Below, one piece after another: positions 38,625 through 51,937 of a stretch of DNA of 64,000 nucleotides. How positions within the stretch are numbered: the first letter of the stretch is position 1; each line of letters starts with the position of its first letter. This DNA is from Marsupella aquatica (Eukaryota; Plantae; Marchantiophyta): the NCBI GenBank assembly GCA_973895155.1, contig OZ316894.1:867968-931967 (forward strand), written 5' to 3'. The position numbers and the translations under genes are program-made. Below the pieces are notes generated by a model. It did no database searches. It saw nothing but the letters and a program-made list of their open reading frames with translations, and was not told the DNA's origin.

Positions 38625-39950
38625 TACAGCTTATGGCCTAGAGTAAAGACTCTAGACTGTGAGCCTAGGGTGGCGGCAAGTTGCAGGGTAAGGCAGCAGG
38701 TGGGGAAGGCACCCGTGGCCCAAGCAAACTTGGGCAGTCAGGCTAGATTTGGTTACTATCTAAACACCTTGTGGGTAATCTTCTCTTGAGACAATGATGT
38801 TTTGCAAATGACAAATTTGGGAACTCCTTTGTTGTTCACTGCAAACTTATTGTTTTTCATATCTCCGCCCCCCTTGGCCCCCTTTCCCCTCCATAAGACA
38901 CCCACAAAGATGTAAAGTGCTACATAAAACTAAGAACTGCACGACTGTAACAAGAATTTTGAAATGGGTGCGATCCATCTCAGCTTTCAGATCTTTATCT
39001 AGTGCATTTCCTACCATCAGATATGCCAAAGAACTTTCCACCCAAAACCTTTCCTGGTAGTTGCCTCCCTAGCCCACCGCTGATTCTACCACCCCAATTT
39101 CTGCTAATCTAATAATCATGGAAATGTTTCATAAATTAAATGGCCTCTGGTCATTCTCGCCTTTTTTAGTTTCACGTTTGGTTGACTGAAGGTGGTTCTC
39201 CACCAGAATGTGGATATTGTTGAGTCCAGACTTCACTTTTCATGAACTTGGGGCAAGATCTAACAAAACCTTGTGGATCCCCTTTTTAGTTGATGTGGCC
39301 ATGCCTCTTTTATTAAACTCAGACCACCTCTTGAGGTGGTTTATGAAGGGCCATTTTGTCTAATCAATTCTATTCAAGATCTTGCATTTATTTTCTCCAG
39401 ACCTGTCATCCTGATACTAAATTGTCACTCTTTCCAGTATAATTACTAGATTGCCCCTCTTTTTTCACCATTGTTAAGCAAAGTAACTTTGGTTAGCTTG
39501 GAATTATCCAACAGTCAACATCCAGCCAGTTTTTACTTAACTTCAACACCCTTGGCCAAGAGGGACTGGGGAGTAAGGCACCAACTAAGAGAGGGCAGAA
39601 GCAAAGTGGAAAGGTTGGTGTGGTTAGAGTAGAGGACATGGATGACCATCCTGATAGTGAAACCTGTTTGGATGTCAACCATTGGATTTCAAGCTAACTT
39701 TAGTTACTTTTCTTTATTATTAGAGGGAAAAGAGGGTAAAATAGTCCTGAACATTAAGAGAATGGCAAAGTATGCATCTAATAAGCTCACTTGAAGCTAC
39801 TATGATAGCCTATGGTCTAGAGTGAAGCCTCTGGACCCTGACTTTGGGGAGCACATGCACAGCCAAGGTTGAGGTGGAACTCGAAATTGGCACAATGGAA
39901 CTCACTCTCTACTTACAAGCAAAGCTTGGACACTCAGGCTAGTTTGGACA
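38625..39950. repeat. Pair of ~140-bp degenerate direct repeats (38625-38755 and 39805-39950) with a third partial copy at ~46175-46210
   Basis: Shared CTAGAGTGAAGCCTCTxGACC and CAAGCAAA.CTTGG.CA.TCAGGCTAG motifs. Confidence 0.6.
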
Positions 39951-40260
39951 AACAAGAGTGGCAATGGACCTATCTGCAAAGGCTGTGACTGTTTTAGAGC
40001 AATCTTACACAAAGTTTTCAAAAAATAAACTATCTGCAAACTTGCTTAACCAGGCATGATGGAGGCACAACATAACAAAAGCCACAAAAAGAAAAGTTTG
40101 CATGATATGTTTTGTCTGGCAACCAAATGGATGTAAAACAGCTTCTCAAAGCTTTTCAAAACATACACCAACACATAAGAAAGTCATGAGGGTACCAATT
40201 AAAAGTCTAATGTAGGAAATCTAAGTAGAAACTAACACAACCTTTGCTCTAAGATCAATT

Positions 40261-40648
40261 CCAACTTTTTGAGGTATTGACTACTGGGTACATTAAATAC
40301 CCAGTCTGAGTATGTCCAATTTTTAGTTTAATGTAAGTAGCCATCATGACTGACTGAAAAGCAACCCCAGCCCTCACGGGGTAATTTTCCTATTGTAAAT
40401 AGTACAAATAAACAACTACTGTAGCCACCATAGATTGAAATCTTGAAACCCACCAATTTTTTGAGGTATTGACTACTGGGTACATTAATTAAATACCCAG
40501 TCTGAGTATGTCCAATTTTTAGTTTTTCGTTTACTATAAGTAGCCATCATGACTGACTGAAAAGCAACCCCAATCCTCACTGGATGATTTTCCTAAAGAG
40601 TACAAATAAACAACTAGCTACTGTAGATTGAAATCTTGAAAGCCCAAC
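40261..40648. repeat. Tandem duplication of ~190 bp
   Basis: GAGGTATTGACTACTGGGTACATT...GATTGAAATCTTGAAA occurs twice. Confidence 0.92.
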
Positions 40649-41000
40649 AATGAACCCAATAGAGAGTCCACTACTATATAATCTTTTCCTTATACACATC
40701 CAATGACCAAGAAACCCTGTCCCCTAAAATAAGATAGGGTTAAAGTGAATGGGTTGGACCTGGATATTAGTAACTGGGTTTGGTATCGTGCTACTTGAAT
40801 AACCAAACCCATTAGCTCATTAGCTTAGGATTGCTCTAAAGTCCTCCTGAGTTCTTGTAAATCGCACTGTTGGGGAGTCCTTTTTTCAAGATCAACAGGT
40901 TCGGCTGTCATTTAGCTCAGTAATAAGTTGGAGTGTTGTTGCTGTCATCGTGAGTTTCTGAACCTGAGACAGATCGGACCGTCAAAATCGTAAAAACACA

Positions 41001-41033
41001 CACGGATCGCTGACGTTGCATCGCATCCAACGG
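41001..41033. promoter_or_regulatory. Plant histone promoter type-I element (hexamer plus octamer) and nonamer
   Basis: Reverse complement CAACGTCAGCGATCCGTG versus consensus CCACGTCANCGATCCGCG (2 mismatches); nonamer CATCCAACG at 41024-41032. Confidence 0.8.
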
Positions 41034-41255
41034 CTTCTTGGCAACCGAGCGAAAACTAACACAACCTTGGCTTGCTGCCCCGCTTTGTTCGCCCGGGAGA
41101 GCCCCGAGCGAAAGTACAAACGGGAGCCGTAGATGACCGTGATCCGACGGAGACCAGCGCCTCGAATCAGAATGATGGCCTATTTTGAATTGACGAGGCC
41201 ATTCCCTTCGGCTGCCGAGGAACAGGAGGAGGATGCAACGCATTCCACCGGTGTC

Positions 41256-41263
41256 TATATAAA
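41256..41263 (+). promoter_or_regulatory. TATA box of histone H4
   Basis: TATATAAA downstream of the histone cis-elements and upstream of a pyrimidine-rich leader. Confidence 0.65.
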
Positions 41264-41543
41264 CACTTCCCTCCGAACAAATTTTCAGTAGTTCTGCTGT
41301 GTTCATGTTCACTGTCTGCGAGTCTGCGCTCTCGCCTGTCGAAGCCTAGCGGTCTTCCTTTCTGCGCCATTGTCTGCTCCCTCGCCGCATCGCTGCTCAG
41401 CTTGTGATCACTGCTTCGCTCCTGGAGGAATTTTCTGACCTCAACGAATTGGCGATTGATTTCATCTCCGTTCCGACATTTCCTCAGTGCGTCGAGCAAG
41501 TTGAGTCGGTCTCGTGCATTTGTGATTGCTGTGGAGGCAGTGA

Positions 41544-41873
<330 letters not shown>

Positions 41874-42747
41874 ACTATTGCTTTACTTCGCAATTCCCAC
41901 GAAGCGTTGAGCAAATGCCATTGTTGACAATGATCAACATCAAGAAGTTCTTCGACCACCGAAGCGTGTTCGCTGCTGGCATAGAGAGGGGGTTAGCAAT
42001 GCCACCCAATTTTGACCAAAAGCCTCCCTGGGTTCGCTGCTCAATCTTTACTAAGATCACCTCAATCTTGTCCTACGGAGACAGTGGCCGATTAGGTAGA
42101 CAGCTTTGGAGTAGTACCTGACTCTCTGTAGAGTAGAAATCGCAAGTGGAAGCATGTAAATGATGTAATTGTAAGGCACCGGCGAATAAAATTCGATCAC
42201 CTGATATACTGGAGATCAGTAATGATTTTATAATGGCGTCCAGACTATTCTATTTTTGTAATGGTACTGTCTTCGCACAATATCTAGATTTGACATTTCC
42301 AATGTGGCAGAGAGCGGGAGAACATTGGAAGTGATCATTGGAAGTTCCATAATACTATTCGAATGCACTGATCTCTGGCTTTCATATTCGTATTCTCAGT
42401 ATACATTGTGGTCCGATCATTCCTCAACAGTTTCACACAAACAAGGGGTCGAGGTCCAATGTTTAGAATGTCACATTCTGTAAGCCGCAACCACGTCGAG
42501 CACGGTGGCACTTTCAAAATTGTGCATTACGCTGTCGTTTGCATAACCTAATTACATTTGAGTCTTTGGGTCGATGCCAATTACGAACTGTGTACTAAGC
42601 CATTAGATCGCTGCCAATTGCGGATTGTGAACTCTGGCTTTCAAAATTCTTTAACAGAACCTAATTACATTCGAGCTATTGGGTCGATGCATAGAGCATC
42701 TTGCTGCCGTCCACTACAAGATACTTGAATGTTACTATCTGTATGTA

Positions 42748-44518
42748 CTACAGAGCAGAATTTTGGTAAGTGTACACTCCGCGTCCACTCTTTCGGCCTA
42801 GCCAGCCTGCGTCGACGTATTGAACAAGTAAAGGGCAAGGCCTGTACTTCGAGTCACCCAGCCCACTATGTAAAACTCGCATGATTGATAGGCAAGTGTC
42901 CAGTCCGATGAAATCACCAAGGGCCAGTGGGCCCATCGGATGGTTTGTGCCCAATTTCATTCCGATGTCGATATCCTCAGCGGTAGCGACGCCTTCCTGA
43001 AGAGCATAGAAGGCCTCGTTCACCATCGGCATCAGTATGCGGTTCACTACAAATCCTGGGTAATCACGTGAACATGATACCGTCTTTCCTAACCTGAAAA
43101 CAAAAAATACGGTCAGCTCTGAAGATTTCATCTGAATCACAGCTTAAGTCTCATCACTTTGGTATCATAATCCAATTCAGTCGATGGAAAATCACGTCCA
43201 TATAATACACATTCAAACATTTGAGTACCTTTCTGCAAGTCGACAAACACATTCGAAAACAGAATCATCCGTCTGCAGTCCCCTGATGATCTCAACAAGT
43301 TTCATGAGTGGAGGAGGGTTCATGAAATGCATTCCGACCACCTGAAACATGAATAAAAATGTAAATTCGACGGACGACGTGAGTGACTGCCTTTGTTTTT
43401 TCTTGTGGAGTCATCCAAGGGACACTCGCCTAAGCTGGAACAGAGATATAATGCTCGTCACGGTTTGGGGAATGGACAGACAAATGTTTAGGGTTGTAAC
43501 ACGATTCCACAAGTCTTGTCAGGAGCATCTATAGTAGAGACTTGGTCAACAAGGTTCAATTTCAAAGTCCACGTCCAATTAATCCTATTCACTCCGAACT
43601 ATCCCTCCACGGGAATCAGAATTGCAGCGTACCTGCCTGTTCAACTAGCTAGAGTAGTAAAATAATATTGCACCTGGCGAGGTCTCGCTGTGTACGAGGC
43701 AATGCGGGTGATGGATATCGAGCTTGTGTTGGAGGCCAGGATGCCAGATGGCTTCACCAATCTATCCAGCTCGCCAAAGATACGCTTCTTGAGCTCTTCA
43801 TTCTCTGAAGCTGCCTCGATCACCAGATCTGCATCATGCAAATCACTCAATGCTGTGGTCGTCGTCACCCGGGCCAAGGTTGCATCCGCCTCTTCCTGCT
43901 CAGTTTCGTGGTAAGAATTCGTGGTAAGAATAAGCAGAACCAAAGCAAACATTGGGCTTTACACAGCAAATTCCTCGCTATATTTTTCTGCCTCGAATAA
44001 TTGCCACCCCTGTGACAAAAGTTGAGGATGGCCAAATGATCTCCCCCCTCACTCCAGGAACAGACATGCTTTTGACAGAATGAAGAAACATGTTCTGTTT
44101 ATTCTGAGATACCACTCGCCGGAGGGAGGCTCATAAGTAAGACTTATGGAAAATCATTGGGAAGACCTAGGGTAGAACAACGCTTCCAAATTGTATCAGT
44201 AAAGTAATAATGTCTCCGAACCATGGGAAAGACATGACATCGACGTTCTCGCCAACAAAAGGTGATTTCAATTATTATACGAGCAATAACGAAGCATCTG
44301 AGAGTTCACATTTATGGAGAACTGACCTGAGACAAAGATCCTTTGGACACAAATCTTCCGAGCGACGAGGAGATGGACTTCAAGCCACGGCCGAGAGCGG
44401 AATTATCAATGTCAGCTAGAACCACTAGAAGCTTGGCAGCGGCTGCCACTTGAGCTATGCCCGCTCCCATCTGTCCCGCTCCCACGACGCCAATTATCCT
44501 AATGGTACTACTCGCCAT
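42748..44518 (-). CDS. 3-hydroxybutyryl-CoA (3-hydroxyacyl-CoA) dehydrogenase, 290 aa; exons 44518-44327, 43895-43674, 43341-43229, 43093-42748
   Basis: [53 protein letters not shown]; GT-AG introns with consistent phases. Confidence 0.95.
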
Positions 44519-44725
44519 CTGATCGGTCGATGGCCCTCTGCCGCAAGCTGCTCTAAAGCAATTTGACTTAGGTTCCCAAAGAGAGTACTCTTATCTCACC
44601 TTCTTAGCTGGTCAATGACCGAGACCAGGAGAATAGCTCCTCAGCCATCCCTATTTGGCAATTGAAGCTACTGCTAACGCACTATATTCGCAAGTGTGCT
44701 ATGATGAAGCGCCGTCCGTCACTCA

Positions 44726-44985
44726 AGGGGAAAATTGTCACAAATTGAGCACCTCTGACCAATTGAAAGGTCGAAAACTTTGACTGCTGAGATGCATCAA
44801 CAGATATAGGCAAAATTCGTCACAAATTGACCATCTATCACCAATTGACACGACGACGACGACGACGACGACTATTGAGACGTATCAACAATCTAGAGGA
44901 AAAATTGTCACAAATTGAGCAACTATGACCAATTGACAAGAGTCGGTCTAACTACTGAGACGCATCAACAATTCTAGGGCGGAAA
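44726..44985. repeat. Three ~85-bp tandem repeats upstream of the dehydrogenase
   Basis: AAAATTGTCACAAATTGA..ACCAATTGA..GAGA(C/T)GCATCAACA three times; one copy contains (GAC)n. Confidence 0.85.
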
Positions 44986-45324
44986 AATTAGACACATCCA
45001 GAGGCCGCATTCAGCAAACTCGATCAACTTTTCTCTTCTGTATCTCTTCTAAAAGGAATGTATCTCGGTCTCTCTCTCTGGGTTTCGAGGAAATCCTGCT
45101 GTTGAAAGAGATTGTGGTGTCTCTGTTTCTCCCTTTCTTAGCGTGGTGGGGTGGGTGGAGCGAGCAAATCTGCAATCTTCGTGTCGCCACGGCAATTCGC
45201 CCAAGGACGAGCGAGCTCATCAAGCAAGCGTACGCACAACGAGTGACAAGTCCATCTACAGTCGTCTCTCTCTAAGTGCACGCTATAATTGCAAAGCCTG
45301 GATAACTGCAAGGTGTCCCATTTT

Positions 45325-45630
45325 CGCTTTTTTTACACGGAGTTTGCATTTTTCTTGCACCTTTTGTAAGTGCCAACATACCCGAAAATGTTCGCTAGAT
45401 GCGAACCCCTTTTCTTACACGGATTTTGCACTTTTCTTAAGTGCAAAAAGTACTGACAAATGTTTGCACTTTTCTTGCACCTTTGTAAGTGTAAACTGGC
45501 CTGAAAAATGGTTTGATAGACAGCAACCCCTTTGTTAATACAGAGTTCATTTGGCACTTTTTTTTGCACCTTTTTTAAATGCAAACAGGCCTGAAAATGT
45601 TCGCTAGACAACAACTTTATAAGTGCAAAC
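45325..45630. repeat. Degenerate tandem repeats (TTTGCAC/TTTTCTTGCACC/AAGTGC units)
   Basis: Direct read. Confidence 0.7.
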
Positions 45631-47272
45631 TCTCAATAAGTGTCCATGGACACTTATCACGCACTGAAGATTTGTATGCCACTTGCCCAACCATGCACCT
45701 ACGCACACCTCCAACCAGCTTATTTTTTAAGGTTTTTTATTTTTAGCCAGTGTGGCCAATGTTTGCTTCTCTAAGGGAGTAGATTCTAGGATATTCTCTA
45801 TCACATTTTACTGAAGTAAATTGTGACCGTCAGATATCCCTAGATTTAAGGAGGACAGTTAGATTCTGGCTAATGGGGTCCATGATTTGGTGAAAGAGTG
45901 GCTAATAGTGTTTAAAAAAGATAGTGAATATTAACCAAAAGTGGCAAACATTTTTGGGGGAGATGGAATTTGGCTAAAATTCGCACTTCAAAAACACACT
46001 GCCTCCAACCCTCCACCACACCAGTCCCTACACAAATGTGTAAGATATTGAGTAGTGCAGAAACCCTAAAGTTTGATAACCGGTAGATTATCAAACTTAC
46101 CGGTTATCAAACTTGCTTGAATGTAAATTTGACTAATAAATCGCAAACAGAAGCTAGAGTTGGTGTCTAAGCATCTAGAGTGAAGCCTCTAGACCGTGAC
46201 TCTAGGGGTCCACCAAACTTTCTAGATAGGAAGAACAATGGGATGTATTCATGTCAAAATAAATCATCTCTACTATTAACATTCATAGAATGGGCATTCA
46301 GGTTCCTGGTTCAAATATTAATATCTCTTTCACTCTGAGTTGTAGGACTCAACTAGAATTAGAACATAGCCATAAACTTAGTGAACTTTGCCATAATGAC
46401 TCAACTAGAATTAGAACATAGCCATAAACTTAGTGAACTTTACCATAATGGAGACTGAAATAGAAGGACTATATTTGAAAGTATTTTGCTACACTTCAAT
46501 TTTTTAAATTGGAGTCATGAGCTTGGATGGGTTCCCCATTCAAAGCTTTGAACTTTGATGGAATCCCAATTTGATCAAAGCGCTCTTTGTAAGGAAGTCA
46601 ATCAGTTTACTCTAAATCATGCCATCTTAGTCAAAGGTTCTATAGATCCCATCTGAGCTTAGGAATACTATTTGAGAAAAACATTTGGAATAGAGATCCC
46701 CTCGGAGCTCAGAACTCCTCCTGACTTACGGCTAATGCAATACCCTCATTTGAATAATATCCTTGAAAAGGTGTGACTTTTCATCTTGATTATTGCTCAC
46801 ATCCTTGTTTGGTGTACAAAACCAAAACAATTTTTTGTGTATGTCAATAAGTAAATAGTCGAACGACCAAATACTCTAAGTCCTTGAATGGTTTGTCAAG
46901 TCAAATACATATTTTGTAATTATTTTTGGATGGATCCCGAATGTATTTTGTATGGAGTATTCATCTCCATGATGCCAGTATCTACCACAATATTAACCTC
47001 CTAACTCTAATAGGTTCACTATGCGGATTTCCACTAATTGCTAGTAGTTCTTGGACAAAAAACGTGAGGGATGTGAAACCAAAACATTTCAACATACCAA
47101 GAGACAAATGTAGACAAAAGACTCAAAAATCAACCTAGCAAGCTTTCAAAAGAAAATTATTTTTGAACAGTCAGCCTTGTTTTATCAAAAGTGTTCAAGG
47201 CTACAGAATTTTAAAATATCATTGAGTCTACAGTCCGAACATTATTAGAGTTACTGACTCTCAGATAATGCA

Positions 47273-48859
47273 ATGCCGGGTCCAAAAAATTATTCCAATT
47301 TTCCACCTTTCTCAACAACAGGCCGTTGTGCCCCTCAACGACATGGAACTAGAGTTAAGGACCTAGTTGATAAAAGAAATCAAAGTTCTCTCACAAAGAA
47401 AGAAGACACTTCTCATTTTTCTTCTCCAGTAAATTTGCAGCGCATGAAAAGCCTACTAACAAAGACCAAGCAAGAAAACATTTTGGATTCTTCTTCTCCA
47501 ACACATTCCTCAGTCACAAGACAATGCACAAAACACAAGAAAGATGCTACTTTGGATTACTCTCAGGTGAATTTGCGAGAGGAAGAACCACAATCAATAC
47601 GTACTAGTTTAAGTCAAGCAAATGCAAAGAGGTTATGCCAAGTGGAGGAGCTATTACGAAAGAAAGATGACGAACACAAGCAACAATGTTCTATTTGGCA
47701 GCATCAAGTGAGAGAGCTTGAAAAACAACTCTCTGTGAAACAAAATAATAACGAGTTACCATTTGACCCTCTTAGGAGAAACGTTTCTTTGCTTCCTGCA
47801 TCAAAGTCTAAGTCTTCTAGTACTCAAACACCTCTATGTCACCATGAAAGTGAAACAAGAGGTAACGATTCTTCCAACAGCTCTCAGATCAAAGGCCCCA
47901 TAAGTGGTGACCCTCCTTCAATATTAGAGACAACAAATTTAGGCCCTTCAGACCCGAGAGGAGATCCTTGGCAAGGGAAAGGACAGGTCGTACATTGTTT
48001 CTGCATCCCTTTGGGCATACCTGCCTATATGAAAAATGACCCACATTACAATTGGGCCCAAAAGCATTCATTGCTTTGTCAAAGGAAACAATTTGAACTT
48101 GCATCACGAGGGGCAGCTGAGATTATATGTATGTACAAAAAAACAAACCGGAAGCCTGAAGAAGCCACACATCAAATAAACAGAAACTGGACTTTCACAA
48201 CGTGTCCAAAATTTGAGACAATTCTTAATAAGAAAGATTTAGAAAAGGAAAACAAGGGAAGTCAATTGAATAATGCTTTGAAGGACCTAGAAATTGCACA
48301 GGCAACAAATTCCTATAAATTAAGTAAACAAGAAAAAGGCCTCCAAAGGGAAGGAGTTCAGCTCCAGACTAATGAAGTGAATGTAGAAGATCAGGTGAAA
48401 CCAACGAATATAAACTCTCACACTGGTTTTGTCTATCTATTTGGATGCCCGTTATTCAAAAGTTTTTTCAAAAGACGGACATCTTATCTCACTAACCACT
48501 CGAGGTCCTCCCTTATTGAGGAGGGTAACACTCAGGAAAACATTGTTATAAATAGTCCAAAGCGGGTAAGGGAGAGGGCTCCAGATGACAAAACAGAAAC
48601 TGAGGAAGAGAGAGGGAAAACTAAACATAGGAGGTTAGAAATTCAAAGAAGGAATATAGGAGGTTCAAACTTGATGAGCGCTCAAAACAAAAAAATTACA
48701 GAGGATAGATTCAACAAGTCAGATGATATGCCAAAATCTCTGACCAAAGAACTACTCCACCAAGAAGTGACCCAAAAGAAAATAAGTACTGACAAGCTTA
48801 GAAAAAAGGAGATAGACAAAAGTTGTGAGTTTTGGCAAGAGTTTGTCAAGTATTGCTAG
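47273..48859 (+). CDS. Intronless orphan ORF, 528 aa, with predicted coiled-coil; possibly TE-derived
   Basis: 1.6-kb stop-free frame from ATG; no recognisable domain; A-rich and CpG-poor. Confidence 0.4.
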   Translation: MPGPKNYSNFPPFSTTGRCAPQRHGTRVKDLVDKRNQSSLTKKEDTSHFSSPVNLQRMKSLLTKTKQENILDSSSPTHSSVTRQCTKHKKDATLDYSQVNLREEEPQSIRTSLSQANAKRLCQVEELLRKKDDEHKQQCSIWQHQVRELEKQLSVKQNNNELPFDPLRRNVSLLPASKSKSSSTQTPLCHHESETRGNDSSNSSQIKGPISGDPPSILETTNLGPSDPRGDPWQGKGQVVHCFCIPLGIPAYMKNDPHYNWAQKHSLLCQRKQFELASRGAAEIICMYKKTNRKPEEATHQINRNWTFTTCPKFETILNKKDLEKENKGSQLNNALKDLEIAQATNSYKLSKQEKGLQREGVQLQTNEVNVEDQVKPTNINSHTGFVYLFGCPLFKSFFKRRTSYLTNHSRSSLIEEGNTQENIVINSPKRVRERAPDDKTETEEERGKTKHRRLEIQRRNIGGSNLMSAQNKKITEDRFNKSDDMPKSLTKELLHQEVTQKKISTDKLRKKEIDKSCEFWQEFVKYC

Positions 48860-51800
48860 AAAACATTTTCCCAGGGCACATTGCCAATCAGACAATAAGG
48901 AAGTCAAGATGTGAGGGTGCATTTGAGACTTGCCCGAATGGTGGATTTTTCATGCCTAACTTCGGTAGTTAAAAAAGAAAGATTAATTTGCAAAGAAGAA
49001 ACAATTAAACAGCTTGTCCCAAACGGGGTCCCAAATTGTGTAGTTTCTCCTAACACACACGCACCATCCCCAAGGTTGCAGAATATGTCCTCCTGGCTGC
49101 AGAATATGTAGTAGTTCCCGTTGTAGACAAATATCTTTGGTTTGTCTTCCTCTAGAGGCTGTCACCTCCTTGCGTTTCAATGAAGCGTTTGGCCGTGTGC
49201 CCCCCCCCCCCCCCCCCAACACACAATATTGCTAGTCTTCCTCAACATAATTTCTCTTGAGGATCATCAATGTTTCTTGCAAACTGAATCATTGAATTGG
49301 CACAACTACGCAGCCTCCTGCCCTTCAGGTACAAGAGTAATCATTGATACAGTAAGTGAAGGTAAATGACAGATTCCCTAGAGTTACTTGGTTTGCTTAG
49401 TTCCTTGGTTTGGGTACAGCGTTCGGAGTGCATCAAACTTTCTAAACCCAAATGATCATCAATATGTGATCATGTGTCATAATCTAGACGGGGGTGAAGA
49501 TTATTTATCAGTTTCAGGTGTTCACATATTTATTGATTCCCCAATTATATTGGAGAAAATTCAAGGACTTTCAATTCTATAGAAATGCCCTAATTAACAA
49601 GTTCCCCACGAGAGCTTGTTCAAGAGCACGCCAACTTTAGAACTTGCTTTTACCTATAAAGCCAAACATTTATAGAACATCAATCCAAATCTTTTACGTT
49701 TTCCTGAGTAACCTGATTTTGATCAATTTAAAGATTACTTTGGGCACGGAGGGGCCTAGAGCAGCAAAGATTGGCAAAGGTTGCCTTTCTAAAGGAGAAC
49801 CCTATTCCATTCATCCTGTCTGGAAACTTACCCAAACATGGAAGTACCCCAGTTTGAGTCTCACCAATCGGGTCCCCAGCCATTATAGTCTGGGTGCTTA
49901 ATATCTGGTCACCTGGTTCCTTTCATCAAGGCTATTATTTTTTAAGATGATGAAATGGGGAGGTGCGCGCGCGGGGGCGGGGGGGGGGGGGGGGAGGGTC
50001 GAGGAGGAGGACCTATGAGCTTTTAATATTAAATTCATTAGAAAGTGGGGCGTGGTATACTGAACACTCAATCCTGAGGGCCAGTAAGAACCAGACCCAA
50101 CTTTTGAAATTGTGAAAGACTCTCATGTAGGCTTAATAAGGTGCTCTACTTCTAACTTTCAAATTTTCCTTTGCATTGTTCTCCTTGGCAAGAACCCATG
50201 TTTCTTGCATTTCTTGTCAAAGGGACTATAGTGTATTGTTGCTACATGCATACAATCTAATGTATGGATTGAGTTCACAGTATAGTCCAAATCTCTCCAC
50301 AGATGGTGAATAATCAATAGATGTCAATAGAGTAACATGCAGTGCTTGGTCAGATAGAAACTATTGTGGCCATCCACACTAGCAAATTTCATGTTTTGGT
50401 GAGCATGATTGTACTGTTCTAGTGCTTGACATCTAATTATACTTTGTATTTTCAGAGTCTCTTGTTGGTAGAAGAGGGGGCCGGGGGGAATTGTGGCACC
50501 TTAAAGTTACTAGATGCCAGTTCCAGACATCACAATTAATCTTGATTTCAGGTCCAATAGCTGAGAAAATGTCAAAGATGCACACAATACACAATGAAAG
50601 CTTTCAATTTTTGCGGGAGTAGATTCGCTCCAGGAATTGGTATGGTGTTATTGCAATTGATATTGGGTAAGTCTTCCTATTTTCCAGACAGTAAATCAAT
50701 CTTGTTGAAAGTGCACTGCTGCTAATGGGATAGCAATGAACCAATTTCTAATGGGTGCCTCGTCTTAAATAAAGTGCAACTGGTCCAATAGCTAGTGAGC
50801 AAATACTTCTATCACAACCACAAAATTAAGTGAGATACTCAGCACTACCATCTTCCCCTAAACACGTGGCCAGGATCTTGAATAATAGTTTGCCAAAACA
50901 TTGGTCATGCTTGACAAAATAGGTGTTTTTCTACTATCACATAGCTCTGACTCATGAAATGTGGTGTGTCTGGGCTATGTGTTGGGGTCAGGGCTATCAA
51001 TTCAGACATCAACTGACCAGGCCCTTGACCGGACTGGAGAAGGGAGATTCACAATGTGTGCAAACAGGTAGAGGCTGGAGGCCACATTGTCTTGACTCAA
51101 AACCAGCAACATTCAAACTCAAACACAAGACCTATCATCAAATTTGAAAACAAGGCTTTCATGGAAAAACCGCACTTCAAAAGTTGATTACAGGGTCCAG
51201 GGCATTGTAATCAAATAGAGTACCCACAAGGGTGCTTTGTTTCAAGAGCAGGCACAGGCCTTGTTTTTTAGGGAACGTGGTGGCACCGGGGGTGGCACAA
51301 TTTCTTCCCTGCTAAGAACAGGGACCAGCGCCATTTACACCAAGCCACACTAGCATTATAATTACTAGCTATGTCCTTATTACTCACAACACGACCCAAT
51401 ATGTGTTCCTTGCCATTTTTTCTTTCAACCAATCTATATGTATGATGTCATTTTTACTTATTTGGCCTGCAATCAGGATTAGGGTTTATCTGATTTGTAC
51501 AATATCTTCTCAATGTAGGGCCTTATTCCAACAATAAGCCCAGGGCTTTCCAATTGAAACATGAGATTTTGAGTTGGCTCTTATTCAAACAGAGTGCCCT
51601 TATTCAAACATAAGCTCCGCACCCAGCTCCGCATATATGGAAACACAAGGCCTGAGTGGGGGGGTTCTAATACAAAAGTTGTCACATTTTAGCAAAACCC
51701 ACCTTTCTGTTGGGGTGTTCATTTCTTGGATTTTTAACCTGAAATTGACTTTGGGGGCAAGACAATAGTTTTGGAGCCGCCTTTCCAACACTAGTAGAAA

Positions 51801-51937
51801 AGAAACCCCCAGGTTACATTAATGCACCTTCTAAGTATGACCCTTCTACTTCGGACTTTGTTTACTTGGCCAGTCTATGAATTGCTTTGAATAACTACTT
51901 TTCCTATTCAAAAAGTGCCCGCAACTTTCCACAATCT

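Noticed and set aside
44726-44985. CRISPR-like repeat-spacer appearance (also 8846-9030)
   Set aside because: Eukaryotic context, spacers are themselves related, no cas genes.
48860-49200. In-frame continuation of the 528-aa ORF if stops are read as Q/R (similar after 51938)
   Set aside because: Every stop codon is one C-to-T change from Q or R, so this is not evidence; U-to-C editing is organellar, not nuclear.
49200-49997. Long poly-C/poly-G tracts (also near 25055, 33151 and 53302) as G-quadruplex regulators
   Set aside because: Simple homopolymers in repeat-rich DNA with no positional pattern.
50551-50666. Exon-like segment with LRKCQRCTQYTMK resembling archaeal Nop10
   Set aside because: Very short match, stop codons in the frames examined, no supporting exons.
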